DNA of 64,000 nucleotides from contig OZ243938.1 in NCBI GenBank assembly GCA_965214095.1, positions 320,001-384,000 on the forward strand, in the 5' to 3' direction. The stretch is from Candidatus Poribacteria bacterium (GTDB lineage Bacteria; Poribacteria; WGA-4E; WGA-3G). The notes under the pieces were generated by a model, which did not search any database, was not told the DNA's origin, and was given only the letters and a program-made list of their open reading frames with translations. This document shows, one piece after another, positions 39,319 through 49,790 of this stretch; position 1 is the stretch's first letter; each line of letters starts with the position of its first letter. The position numbers were made by a program, and so were the translations under genes.

Positions 39319-40005
39319 ATGAAAAACGTTAGATGTAAATCAAAGAAAATCGGATCGATTCTACCAATTTCTGGTTTTATTTTCCTTACTTTACTTGTCT
39401 TGTCTATATTTCCTGCTTTTGCCACTGATTTTGAGTTTGGAACACAATTCAGTATATCTCGGATTGTTCCTGAAGATGATAGTGATGATTACTCAAGCAG
39501 TATTACCTATACTCAAATACCTTCCTCACTTTTATATATTGGTTCTTCTCCAACTGCGCTTTATGCCACCTGGTTTCCGAGCACTCAGTTTGCTATTGGA
39601 CCGGAATTCAGTTTAGGAAGAATGTCGGTTTCTGCAGAGTATTTTGGAGAATCGGAAACCGAAAGCATAACAACACTCTATCTCGGTGGTCGAGCAGCGT
39701 ACTTTCTACAGAGCCATACAATGTCTAATCCTTACGTCCTTGGGCGGGTGTCAATAAATATGCTTAGTGATGAAGACGGTTTCTTTTTTGGCGAAGATAG
39801 GACCTTGACAAACTTGGGAATCGGTCTTGGTTATCAGTGGCGTATAGGACATGCTTTCGTGCTAAGGACAGAGGCGCAGTATCAACGTGTGTTCGTAGCA
39901 GATGATGTAGATGAAGATGCTAATGAATTCTCATTGATAATTGGACTTGGTACTCGGTTCGGAAATGGTAAATCCAGCACCCCTGAAGTACCAAACACAC
40001 AATAA
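39319..40005 (+). CDS. outer-membrane beta-barrel protein (8-stranded type)
   Basis: Signal peptide; amphipathic strands (PYVLGR, GIGLGYQW, LRTEAQYQR, IGLGTRF); GAGGAG RBS. Confidence 0.7.
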   Translation: MKNVRCKSKKIGSILPISGFIFLTLLVLSIFPAFATDFEFGTQFSISRIVPEDDSDDYSSSITYTQIPSSLLYIGSSPTALYATWFPSTQFAIGPEFSLGRMSVSAEYFGESETESITTLYLGGRAAYFLQSHTMSNPYVLGRVSINMLSDEDGFFFGEDRTLTNLGIGLGYQWRIGHAFVLRTEAQYQRVFVADDVDEDANEFSLIIGLGTRFGNGKSSTPEVPNTQ

Positions 40006-40040
40006 CGATTTTACTGCAACACGGAAGTAATCCTTCCACA

Positions 40041-40087
40041 GTTTATAGAAAAGTGGGTACAAGTCACTTCTCTATAAACTTTTTTTG
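40041..40087 (+). terminator. intrinsic terminator
   Basis: GTTTATAGAAAAGTG...CACTTCTCTATAAAC stem followed by a T run. Confidence 0.7.
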
Positions 40088-40304
40088 TTTAACGTAAGTT
40101 TGATAAATGTATAATCTTGCGAACCACGTTTACATTTGATGTCCTTGAAGTTGAAGAGTCAGACATTTCAATTCTTGGTTGTTATGTGGTAGATTCCAAA
40201 TCACTCCTATCCTCGCGTTGACACCAACGCCACGGTCAACCCGCACCCCACACATATAAATATTCTATTGAAAACCGTTCTATGTGCAATTGAGAACAGT
40301 CGTT

Positions 40305-40406
40305 GTAGGGGCAGGGTTACCCTGCCCGCCTGTCTTCTCAGCGAGGGAGAACCAACAGATTCACCTAAATCGTAGGGGTAGGGTTACCCTGCCCGCCTGT
40401 CTTCTC
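40305..40406 (+). repeat. two direct 35-nt GTAG REP units
   Basis: GTAGGGG(C/T)AGGGTTACCCTGCCCGCCTGTCTTCTC at 40305 and 40372. Confidence 0.75.
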
Positions 40407-40487
40407 TCAAAACGATACAGATCTCGTTAATATGATGACTGTGATGCTCCTTGTCCAGAGCACTGTTCAAACTATAGCAAAAAATAG

Positions 40488-40893
40488 AATTATAAGGTTA
40501 TTGTAGTATCATCTTCGTTTACATGGAGAGGACCAGGAGCAGTGACGTGAACACCGATCTTTTGGGCACAGTGGTGCTACACATTAATATGGACCTATGC
40601 ACAGGCCGATGTATATCCTTCTGTAGTTGACCTTCAAAGCGAAACGCGATTCTCCGTATACTCTGGATATGCCTCTGCATATGCTAGGGTTGGGGATAGG
40701 TCTGAATGTGAATCTGGTCCTATCTGGATTAGAATCACTGCATATGGAAAAGCAAATGGAACTGTGATAAACGGATCCTATGACAGTGGGGGGTATTCTG
40801 TCAGAGCGGCTGATGTAATTACTGAGGATGATGATAGAATCTCGGTAGATGCTAGCGGTTACATTTATAGGGCTTACACACCTGGAGAATAGG
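40488..40893 (+). pseudogene. start-less gene fragment with an in-frame TGA
   Basis: Open frame ...WRGPGAVT*TPIFWAQW...YRAYTPGE* beginning just after a MITE-like end (TGTTCAAACTATAG). Confidence 0.35.
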
Positions 40894-40901
40894 TATATTC
40901 T

Positions 40902-41759
40902 GTGTTTTCTGTGATTCAGAATGTTCTCTTGTCTGAATCACAGAAGGTTCAGATGTGGACATCTGATATATTTGGACTTCCACCTACCAATGACTGGCAA
41001 ACATTTAAATCTGCTTTCATTGAGAGGAAAATTTGGGAATACGAGCAATTTCGATCTGCAATACAAGCGGATTCTGAGGTAGACGGAGGGTTTTTTACCG
41101 GACCTGATAAACGGAAGTTTCTACCAGCTAAACCCGGTCGTATTTATGTCAAAAGAAAGGAAATGGCAATTGTATTAATCGGGGAAAAACTAGATGATGC
41201 ATTAGCAGACACACTTTTCTATGAAGGCATCCATCCAGAAGGATATGAAATCATCTATATTGATGATAACGGTGACCGTCTAACAGAAAATTCACTACCT
41301 ATGCTTGATGATCAGGATGCGTATGCAAAAAATTCACTGTCGTTACAAGAGAGGATTCCATTAGAAACACAGAATACCGAAGATGTTTTGCAAACTGATG
41401 GAATGGATATCGAAGAAAAGTTGGTTGTGAAACAACAAAACAAAGTAAACGAACCTACAACACTCATTGAGAAAGGCTTTCAGTTGTTTTTAGATTCACT
41501 GAGTGATAACGAACTCGTTGAATTTGAAAAGATGCTAACTGAAGAGTTCCAAGAATTTACTCGAAAAGACGAGATCTCTGATGCACAGATAGAAACTGAC
41601 TTCAATGAACTGTTTACACCGGCAAGGCTAAGCCGCGCTAAAGAAATCTTGGATCGATCTGAACCTAAAGAGGGAATTAGTATACTTCTTAGCAAGGACC
41701 CCCAATTCGTTACGCAGATGAATGAATATCTCCTACGCAGAAAAAGATCAAAAAAATGA
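40902..41759 (+). CDS. hypothetical protein (possibly 5'-truncated)
   Basis: 285-aa ORF overlapping the next start (ATGA); no recognised motif. Confidence 0.55.
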   Translation: MFSVIQNVLLSESQKVQMWTSDIFGLPPTNDWQTFKSAFIERKIWEYEQFRSAIQADSEVDGGFFTGPDKRKFLPAKPGRIYVKRKEMAIVLIGEKLDDALADTLFYEGIHPEGYEIIYIDDNGDRLTENSLPMLDDQDAYAKNSLSLQERIPLETQNTEDVLQTDGMDIEEKLVVKQQNKVNEPTTLIEKGFQLFLDSLSDNELVEFEKMLTEEFQEFTRKDEISDAQIETDFNELFTPARLSRAKEILDRSEPKEGISILLSKDPQFVTQMNEYLLRRKRSKK

Positions 41760-42610
41760 AGCAATTTTACTCACTAAGACTTTTTACCTTCTTTCTATTT
41801 ATGTGTATGTTAATATTTTTTAGTTGCACAGAAAAACAGACAGATCGATTGATAATTCGAGAGGAATCTGATGATCAGAAACGTTGGAATCACATTTATG
41901 ATGAAGAGAATGTCATCATATTGCCACTCCCTGAAGTGACACATACGAAATTATTTGCTGAACTTTCCCAACTCAGACAACAATTCCCAGGCAATCTTTT
42001 AGATGAAAACTTTCATATCCTCCGAATTCTCACTTCCTCACAAAACTATATTTCGTATTTAACTAAGACAATCACCAGAGACAAACATTTTGAGACGCTT
42101 GAAGAGTTTTGGAAATTACAACCACCCGATACCAATCAAATCCGCTTATTGTTTGATGGTCTCCTTGAAAACCCTGACGCTGAACAGATTACTTACGTAC
42201 ATTTTGGAATTCTATCTTGGCAATGCAACACATTGGACACTCTCATAAACCAAAATTTGCAGAGCAAATGTGGGATAAATCCTTTTTCTACCAATCTTAG
42301 GTTCAAACTATCTCCCGCCCTTCAAAACTCAATTTATTTTGGATATCATCAAAATCTTTGGGATTTGGCACCAGGTGAAAAATGGGGAGAACCTTGGATT
42401 GAAGATCTTCAGAATCGATATCAAAGGTATGCTGAAAAAACCGTTCACATTAATAGCAAAAAAATACGCGGTTTTTTCAGTGTATATGGTGTTAACAACG
42501 GTCTCTTATGGTTAGCAATACAGGATCCAGATCTTGTAGGTTTCGTCCTCAGCAACTTTACAAATGAAGACCTATTTCAGTGTTGGATTAATTGTTTATC
42601 AGTAGAATAA
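41756..42610 (+). CDS. hypothetical lipoprotein
   Basis: Signal peptide with FFSC lipobox. Confidence 0.6.
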   Translation: MKQFYSLRLFTFFLFMCMLIFFSCTEKQTDRLIIREESDDQKRWNHIYDEENVIILPLPEVTHTKLFAELSQLRQQFPGNLLDENFHILRILTSSQNYISYLTKTITRDKHFETLEEFWKLQPPDTNQIRLLFDGLLENPDAEQITYVHFGILSWQCNTLDTLINQNLQSKCGINPFSTNLRFKLSPALQNSIYFGYHQNLWDLAPGEKWGEPWIEDLQNRYQRYAEKTVHINSKKIRGFFSVYGVNNGLLWLAIQDPDLVGFVLSNFTNEDLFQCWINCLSVE

Positions 42611-42634
42611 TTAGATCGTAATATACACTCTAAT

Positions 42635-42886
42635 TTATCCTCTTTGTAGCGTCTCAGGAACTAACCAAAGGAAGATAATGACTGCTAAGTAGCCAATTCC
42701 ACCTAAAGCGAATCCAGAATACCCCAATCCAAAAAGCTCCGCGATATTGCCGACAACGACAGGTCCTGCTGCCCCTCCAAAATCTCCAGTGAGTCTCCAC
42801 AACCCAAGAAATTCCCCTACTCCATCAGTTAGTGCTAAATCTGCACCGAGTGTCATCATCGTTCCCGATGCAATTCCATTACCAAC
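42635..42886 (-). pseudogene. MFS transporter C-terminal fragment
   Basis: GNGIASGTMMTLGADLA...FLGLWRLTGDFG...GP...VPETL; 5' part replaced by phage-like DNA. Confidence 0.75.
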
Positions 42887-42887
42887 G

Positions 42888-43824
42888 ATGGCGATTGATG
42901 ACGTGATATTCGCAATTGGATATGAACAGGAATTAGATGAGAAGTTTCAGGATCGCAAGTTTCAGGCTTCTCTGCACGATAAGGAATTAGGATAAAGCCA
43001 TGCCAGTTGAAATTGGTTTACGCATAAAATCAGAGAATGTGACAGGTTCGGATTTTGATCAACTCATTAACGATTTGAAACGCACTGGTCAAAGCACGGA
43101 TCAGGTCAAACAGTCCGCTGATAATCTGGGAAAAGAGTTTGATACGCTTGGAAACAAAATACAAGAGACTTCCAAACTAACACTCGGTGCTAATGCCCGT
43201 TGGCAATTGGCTGAAGGGAATATACTCAATACGCAACAGGCATCCAAACGTCTGGAAACGGCTTTAGCAGCAGTGTCTGATGATCAATTGCGTCAAATTA
43301 ACGTATTTCGCGACTTGCACAGGCGAACGAACGTGTTCAACTCAAAACGTCCAGATGGGTGGCTAATGGCAACAGCTTTCCTGGATCCAGACAACATGTA
43401 TCCTACCCGTGATACTTCCGATGTCCAGATTGATGGGAATCGCAGGACTATCCAAGAATTGACAGGTGCAACCCCTTCCTTGACGGTGGTATTAGGTGCA
43501 ACTGCCCAGTTAGTCAATTGCGTCTGGTTCGGTGTCGCCAATGTAGCGAAAGCGACAATCTCACTGGACGGCACGGTGATTGTGTCCGCTGAGACATATC
43601 CTGAGAAAAAAGGATTCGCTTCTTTTCCTGAACAGCCTGTGACTGAGATAACACTTGCCGTAACGGAAAAAGAGGATAACTCTCAGCCTGTACGTATTTC
43701 TGAAGTCGTAGCGGGAAAAGTATTATTAGAATTACCCAATCAAGTGTTTCTACCGAACACCACACCGCAACCCGCTTTACGTATTCAAAAGCATATTATA
43801 GCTATAAGGATTCGTAATTATTGA
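42888..43824 (+). pseudogene. collapsed phage tail remnant (short ORF + tape-measure-like N-terminus fused to a tail-protein-like fragment)
   Basis: MPVEIGLRIKSEN...coiled-coil N-terminus typical of tape measure proteins; second half repeated at 48141-48371. Confidence 0.45.
43552..43782 (+). repeat. ~230-bp direct repeat, copy 1 (copy 2 at 48141-48371)
   Basis: About 13 mismatches by manual alignment. Confidence 0.9.
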
Positions 43825-43887
43825 GGTGGACTTAGTGTGAAGTCACTGAATCAGTTCATCACTACATTTATTGGATACATTGATTCT

Positions 43888-43927
43888 TGTCTAAACCAGG
43901 ATTTACAGCATTTGTAGATTCGCAGGA
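43888..43927 (-). repeat. AATCCTG-type short repeat element (inverted partner at 48462-48504)
   Basis: TTGTCTAAACCAGGATTTACAG vs CTGTAAATCCTGGTTCAGACAA. Confidence 0.6.
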
Positions 43928-44066
43928 AAAGAGGGGTTTGCGCAGGATAAGCTGTGTTTGCAAAGTAGTAGGCACACTCCGTGTGCCGTTCGTTACCTTG
44001 AATTTAACCAGGGCGGATATTTAGGCACGCCTCCGCAAGATGAGCTCTGTATGTCCTTCAAAATCA

Positions 44067-47000
44067 TTAGTGACCGTGTTTGAGTTGGCTCCAACTCAGC
44101 AACATTTTATCCTTCGCAGAAACCAGACCTTTCAACCGAACAGTCGAGAGTTGTTCACGAACACCCGCATGCGAGACATCTTCTATCCGATAATAATAGA
44201 CAGTGTTGGACTTTGCTGTGGTGTCCGTCCATGTATATTCAGTGCGTTCCGCCGTTGTGCCAGCTCCAGCAATCATAGTTGGGGTGACAACTTCAAACTC
44301 ACCATCTTTGGTTGGACTGCGGTAGATGTAAAAACCCGCATTGTCCAGTTCAGATTCTGTTGTCCAGTTCAGCACAACGCCTCCGGTTGTCTGTTCCGCA
44401 CGGAAACTGGACAAGGACACGGGCAAAGGCAGGTCGCTTGACGCGTCCCAGAACTTCACCTTTCCCTGACTGGCACCTGCAAGTTTCTGTCCATCGGGAC
44501 TGAACGCCAAATACAAGGCTCCCCCAGACACCTTGAGCGTTTTTCGGTGTGTGCCTGTCCTGACATCCCACAAATAGACATGAGAAAGCCCACTTGCCAA
44601 CGTCTGGCTATTGGGATGAAACGCAACGCTATTACTAACACTCCTATGTCCTATCAGTGTATGAAGGTGTCTACCGGTGTGCACATCCCATAAACGGATA
44701 GTGGTATCTGACCCCGAACTCGCAAGAATTTTGCCATCCGGACTGAACGCCAAGTCATCAACAGAGTCCTGATGCCCTGTGAGTGTGTGTCGGATTTTAC
44801 CGGTGCGCACATCAAATAAATGGATACGACCATCCCATAACCCGCTTGCAAGCGTCCGCAAATCTGGGCTGAACACTTCTCCACCCGTCAAAATCTCTAC
44901 GTCACTTTCTGATTGCACGCGCCCTGTGTACACATCCCATAAACGGATGCTCCCATGAGAACTGGTTTTTGACTGAATCGCCCCCGCGAGCGTCAGCCCA
45001 TCGGGAGAAAATGCTACGCTCCCCGCCGTTTCATTATCTGATACGGGTATGCCACGTTGGATTTCGCCCGTGTCAACATCCCATAAATAAATGCTACTCT
45101 CATCCAGCCATACCTCACATGCAATTGTCTGACTATCCGGAGAAAACGCAAAGGATACCCGTTGTCCTATCCCTGCTAATGTATGTCGAACTTTATTCGT
45201 GCGAACATCCCATAAACGGATGACGTTCTCCTCCTTACTTGCCAACGTCTGACCATCTGGACTAAACATGATCATGTCAATGCCACCCGCTGTAAAATCG
45301 TTGAATGTATGCCGCGATTCCCCTGTGTGCACATCCCATAAACAGATTTTACTGTCCTGCGTACTCAGACTTGCAAGTGCGTTTCCATCCGGGCTAAACA
45401 CCATGCCTAAGATCGAATACTTATGTCCTTCAAGTTCTTGTTGTATTTCACCTGTGCGAACATTCCATAAACGTATACTGCCCGAACCCGCGCTTGCAAG
45501 CATTTTGCCATTGGGGCTAAATTCCACGCGATGAATCCAGCTGTCATGATGAAATGTGTTCAGGATTTCACCCGTGCCAACATCCCATAAATAGATGGTG
45601 TCTTCCAACGCACTGCTTGCTAACGTCCGGCCATCAGGACTAAACGCTACACTCTCAACCCAGCCCTTATGTTCCTTGAGTGTGTGCAGGATTTCTCCCG
45701 TGTCAACATCCCATAAACGGACGGTGTCGTCCACTCCACCGCTTGCTAACGTCCGGCCATCAGGACTAAACGCTACGCTCTTGATACTCACGACACTATC
45801 TTTGAGTGTGTGACGAATTATGTTTCTGCCGAAATCCCACAAACGGATACTACCATCCGAACCCGCAATCGCAAGCAACTGACCATCGGGAGAAAACGCT
45901 AAGTCAAGCACGTAAGTCTTCCCTGAACGTGTATGTACGATGTCACCTGTGCTCAGATCCCATATATAGCTATACTTCCAATAGCCACCCGCAATGAATT
46001 GTCCATCCGGACTAAACACAATGCTACTGATGCTCCCTTCTGCTCCTTCTAATAAATCAACGGGGTGCTGGGTCTGTGCATCGTAGAACGTAATCCCATC
46101 ACCCGCAACAGCAAAATGCAATCCATCAGGAGAATACGCTATATCAGAAGCACCACCTTTCCCCAAAGACCGTGTTGTCTCGTAGAAATCGGACTCTGCC
46201 TGCAAGAAAGGTGTAATATCAATCGGAAAGTTCTGTGTACGTGTCATGACACCGGACGTATCAATCAGCTGCAGATAAACATTGCGATCTTCGGGCAACA
46301 ATGCAACCGTGACAAACTCAACAATGCTATCACGGGTTGAAACTAAGGTTTGCCCAGCAACAAAATCAGGGTATCGGCTGTTAGAATTCGCCGGTCTCAG
46401 TAATTGGGCTTGATGCAGCAGTCCATTAGAACCCGTTATTTCAAAACGAAGCCGTATCGTATTCGGAGACGCTAACGCACTCAGAGGCAACATCTCAACC
46501 GTCGGCACCTGTACCCTGTCTAAATCAATAGGAATACGTGCCGGATTGAATGCATCATGAACATCAAGCCAATGCGCAGTCCAATATGTGTTGAGCATTC
46601 GATCATGACTAAAAGAGACGACTGTTTTGTTTTCAATGTCACGACTATAAAAACCGTGATTTAAGCCAAAGGTATGTCCGAGTTCATGCGCAATCGTACC
46701 CACATCAAAACAGTCACCAGAGGCAGGCACAAGTGCCTGTCCCGCAGCGTTCCAGCCTCTGCCAAGACCACACGCTTCACCACGGTTCAGTATTTCACTG
46801 CTTATATCTATCGCCGCGAGATAGATGTCCTTTGACATGTCAAACTTTTCTTCTATTTCAGACCACATATCAAACGTGTATTGTAAATTATTATAATACG
46901 TATCTGACTGTCGTCCGTTGACATGATACACAACCGCTTTACCTGTGGTATCGGTTTCATAGAGAAAGGTTTTTCTGCCGAACCCGTGTGCCTCCATCTG

Positions 47001-47201
47001 ATTGGCAAATAATTCCTGAACTTCCTTTATTAAAGTATCAAACTTTCCATTTATGTCCGGCTGCGCTTCACGGTCGTTGGGCAAAAAGTAGATAAGCTTC
47101 ACTATAGGTCTTGGTGTCGCGTCTTGCGCAAAAGTAGCCGACACAAACAAAAACGTTACAATCGTGAGGAATATAAAAATGTAACAGAACGTCGTTTTCA
47201 T
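44067..47201 (-). CDS. secreted metzincin metallopeptidase + WD40 repeats + C-terminal sorting-like domain
   Basis: Signal peptide; HELGHTFGLNH; about 14 FSPDG...IRLWDV repeats; LPVSLSSF...WTTESE...GFYIYRS. Confidence 0.9.
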   Translation of the reverse strand: MKTTFCYIFIFLTIVTFLFVSATFAQDATPRPIVKLIYFLPNDREAQPDINGKFDTLIKEVQELFANQMEAHGFGRKTFLYETDTTGKAVVYHVNGRQSDTYYNNLQYTFDMWSEIEEKFDMSKDIYLAAIDISSEILNRGEACGLGRGWNAAGQALVPASGDCFDVGTIAHELGHTFGLNHGFYSRDIENKTVVSFSHDRMLNTYWTAHWLDVHDAFNPARIPIDLDRVQVPTVEMLPLSALASPNTIRLRFEITGSNGLLHQAQLLRPANSNSRYPDFVAGQTLVSTRDSIVEFVTVALLPEDRNVYLQLIDTSGVMTRTQNFPIDITPFLQAESDFYETTRSLGKGGASDIAYSPDGLHFAVAGDGITFYDAQTQHPVDLLEGAEGSISSIVFSPDGQFIAGGYWKYSYIWDLSTGDIVHTRSGKTYVLDLAFSPDGQLLAIAGSDGSIRLWDFGRNIIRHTLKDSVVSIKSVAFSPDGRTLASGGVDDTVRLWDVDTGEILHTLKEHKGWVESVAFSPDGRTLASSALEDTIYLWDVGTGEILNTFHHDSWIHRVEFSPNGKMLASAGSGSIRLWNVRTGEIQQELEGHKYSILGMVFSPDGNALASLSTQDSKICLWDVHTGESRHTFNDFTAGGIDMIMFSPDGQTLASKEENVIRLWDVRTNKVRHTLAGIGQRVSFAFSPDSQTIACEVWLDESSIYLWDVDTGEIQRGIPVSDNETAGSVAFSPDGLTLAGAIQSKTSSHGSIRLWDVYTGRVQSESDVEILTGGEVFSPDLRTLASGLWDGRIHLFDVRTGKIRHTLTGHQDSVDDLAFSPDGKILASSGSDTTIRLWDVHTGRHLHTLIGHRSVSNSVAFHPNSQTLASGLSHVYLWDVRTGTHRKTLKVSGGALYLAFSPDGQKLAGASQGKVKFWDASSDLPLPVSLSSFRAEQTTGGVVLNWTTESELDNAGFYIYRSPTKDGEFEVVTPTMIAGAGTTAERTEYTWTDTTAKSNTVYYYRIEDVSHAGVREQLSTVRLKGLVSAKDKMLLSWSQLKHGH

Positions 47202-47452
47202 AATAAATCGCTCCTTGTTATTATTTCTCCCCGTTTGCTATCCCAATCTGTTGTGTGATGTGATTGCAAAGCGACAACACCTTAATAGACAAAGTGTTTC
47301 CGCTAAAGTCTAAACATTTTACCTAATGTCATCATTCTTTTCAGAGGATGCATTGTGATGTTCCTGCATTGTTAAATTCACTTCTTATCATTGGTAGTGC
47401 TTATCCATCTACAAAATCAAGGACACGTTACTGAATCATAATTAACGATTTA

Positions 47453-47469
47453 AGCAATTCTCATGCCAA
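47453..47469 (-). promoter_or_regulatory. sigma54 (-24/-12) promoter
   Basis: Minus strand TTGGCATGAGAATTGCT matches the YTGGCACG-N4-TTGCW consensus with GG-N10-GC spacing. Confidence 0.65.
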
Positions 47470-47789
47470 AACAATTAAATTGGCTGAATTCTTGTGATAT
47501 AGTCGTTAATACCGAATGTCTTCTCTTACGCGAATTTTGCTACAAATACAGGTATTGATTAGGTTTATCAAGATAAGAATATTAATCAAAATATATTATG
47601 AAACATTTTTTGTATAAAATTAAACTTGATTCGGTCCCAATTCCTTATCAACCACAATTACGCAAAAAATGTAGCATGAAGATGCAAAATATGCATGGAC
47701 ATACAATTTTTGCGTGTCAGATTCTTAGTGTATTGATAGAAACAAAAATGATGAGTTACATTTATTTTTAACGAGTTGTGCTAAATAAA

Positions 47790-48063
47790 CTATAGTTTGG
47801 ACAATTTCTCTCGGTTGCATACTGATATTGCTAGCATTTTCAACATTTTGTGAGTTTTCAATAGGATAATAACTTGACGAAAATGTGTGAGAATATCAAA
47901 ATGAGCAGCCCCAGCGGGGCGAAATGTGTCCAGCACATCGTGAACAAACGATTTATAGCCCCAGCGGGGCGACAGGTGTATCATTCAAGGAATAGGTCCG
48001 ATGACTGTGATGCTCCTTGTCCAGACTATTATTCAAGTCTATAAAAAACTGTCCAAACTATAC
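47790..48063. mobile_element. putative MITE with GCCCCAGCGGGGC hairpin repeats
   Basis: TIR TATAGTTTGGACA / TGTCCAAACTATA; related ends at ~40464-40477 and ~59330-59343; 25-nt block shared with 40435-40459; no clear TSD. Confidence 0.55.
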
Positions 48064-48137
48064 TATAGTTATAAGGAGTCGTAATTATTGAGGTGGACTT
48101 ACTGTGAAGTCACTGAATCGGTTCATCACTGCATTTA

Positions 48138-48813
48138 ATGGCTACAATCTCACTGGACAGCACGGTGATTGTGTCCGCTGAAGCGTATCCTGAGAAAAAA
48201 GGATTTGCTTCTTTTCCTGAACAGCCTGTGACTGAGATAACACTTGCCGTGACAGGAAAAGAGAACAACTCTCAGCCTATACGTATTTCTGAAGTCGTAG
48301 CGGGAAAAGTATTATTAGAATTACCCGATCAAGTGTTTCTACCGAACACCACACCGCAACCCGCTTTACGTGGAGCCGGCGTGCATGATCTGAAACATCA
48401 AAGTGCCATCCAGAGAATAAACGTCAAACTGGGAATAGGAACTTTGGAGAGCCAAACTCACAATCCTGTAAATCTACTAATCCTGTAAATCCTGGTTCAG
48501 ACAAATAGAAATACAAATCCATAATAAATCTACAAATATTATGCCAACACTACAAGACGTAGTCTTTCAAAGAGACCTAACACCTTATCTACACGTCCAG
48601 CTACTTGATGTAGATATTACCGATGATCTACTATCAGAACAGCACAACGGCATAGCCGGAATAGAGAACATCCTTGATTACCCAGAATTAAACGTCTTCA
48701 AATCATCCAACATCATCTTGACACTCTCCAATGATGACGGCAGGTTCCCCCTGATAATCCCACAAACTTCTTTATTTCCAATGGCGATCCGAATGTTGTC
48801 AATTCACTTGTGA
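48138..48813 (+). pseudogene. phage tail-like gene fragments
   Basis: 48138-48488 duplicates part of the 43000 ORF; 48541-48813 (DITDDLL...LTLSNDDGRF) resembles a truncated tail protein N-terminus. Confidence 0.4.
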
Positions 48814-48867
48814 TAAGAAACGACTAAAACACCTAAAACTAAATAACCCTGTGTTATAATAAAATGT

Positions 48868-48898
48868 GTTGATATTCAACTCAATACTATAGTATAAT
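48868..48898 (+). promoter_or_regulatory. promoter with palindromic operator upstream of the XRE gene
   Basis: TTGATA-N18-TATAAT; GTTGA-TAT-TCAAC palindrome over the -35 box. Confidence 0.5.
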
Positions 48899-48919
48899 CA
48901 TTATGAATGGTGAAAAACA

Positions 48920-49264
48920 ATGGAAAACAAAACATTTGGACAAGTGCTTAAAGAAATAAGACGCAATAAAGATGTTACCCAACGTCAATTAGCAATAGCC
49001 GTCGGTGTTGATTTTTCCTACATCAGTAAGATTGAAAATGATCGTATGCCACCGCCAGCAGCAGACACTATAGTGAAGATATGTGATGTACTTAGTGTGC
49101 CTCCTGATGATTTGCTCGCAATGACTGGGAAGATGCCAACACTGATAAAGGAAGCTATTAGCGAAAAACCAGCAGCACAGCAGTTCCTACGTGAAGCACA
49201 GACCATGACATTGACAGATGACGAATGGAGTGCTCTCACACAGCAGCTTAGGAAATTGCGTTAG
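48920..49264 (+). CDS. XRE-family HTH transcriptional regulator
   Basis: FGQVLKEIR...TQRQLA..VGVDFSYISKIEN. Confidence 0.9.
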   Translation: MENKTFGQVLKEIRRNKDVTQRQLAIAVGVDFSYISKIENDRMPPPAADTIVKICDVLSVPPDDLLAMTGKMPTLIKEAISEKPAAQQFLREAQTMTLTDDEWSALTQQLRKLR

Positions 49265-49379
49265 ATGTGTGACTATTTCTGCAGAATATTAAGAGTAAGG
49301 TGAATATGAATGACAAACATTTAATTCACCACATATCTGAGGATGAAACATATTTTGATTCACTAAAAGGAGCAAGAAC

Positions 49380-49709
49380 ATGGCAGCCGCTAAAATTCTT
49401 GAGCGTGGACAGATTACTATACCGAAACAAATCCGAGAGAGTTTAGGACTTAAGAAGGGCGATATTGTAGATACAAGGATAGAAGGGGATTGTGTGGTAA
49501 TCACACCAAAAAAATCAGTCACACCAGAAGACTGGAACAAACTTTTGGAAGTGATGAGCACCGTCCACGAGCAAAATAAAGACATCAGCGAGGAAGAAGT
49601 ATATCAGGATGTCCAACGTGCAGTTGAAGAGCTGCGACATGAAGAATATGAAAATCACTTCTGTAAAAGGCAGATACATGCTCTTTTGAGTCCACAAACG
49701 TCCAATTGA
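49380..49709 (+). CDS. AbrB/MazE/SpoVT-family DNA-binding protein (orphan antitoxin-like)
   Basis: RGQITIPKQIRESLGLKKGD; AAGGAG RBS; no toxin follows. Confidence 0.85.
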   Translation: MAAAKILERGQITIPKQIRESLGLKKGDIVDTRIEGDCVVITPKKSVTPEDWNKLLEVMSTVHEQNKDISEEEVYQDVQRAVEELRHEEYENHFCKRQIHALLSPQTSN

Positions 49710-49790
49710 CACCGTCCAAGCCTACCCGCATAATTGGTAGATACCTATAATCCCAACGGCACGCACACTCACAAAATATAAAGGTTCATC

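Noticed and set aside
40305-40406. CRISPR-like 35-nt repeats with a 32-nt spacer
   Set aside because: Only two units, GTAG-headed hairpins like the other REPs, and no cas genes in the window
40488-40893. Selenoprotein via in-frame TGA (selA is present)
   Set aside because: No convincing start codon or RBS upstream, no redox motif context and no evident SECIS hairpin; more likely a pseudogene
43552-48371. DGR template/variable repeat pair
   Set aside because: Mismatches are mostly transitions in both directions and not adenine-specific in either copy; no reverse transcriptase in the window
49380-49790. Complete type II toxin-antitoxin pair
   Set aside because: No PIN or MazF toxin ORF follows the AbrB-like gene
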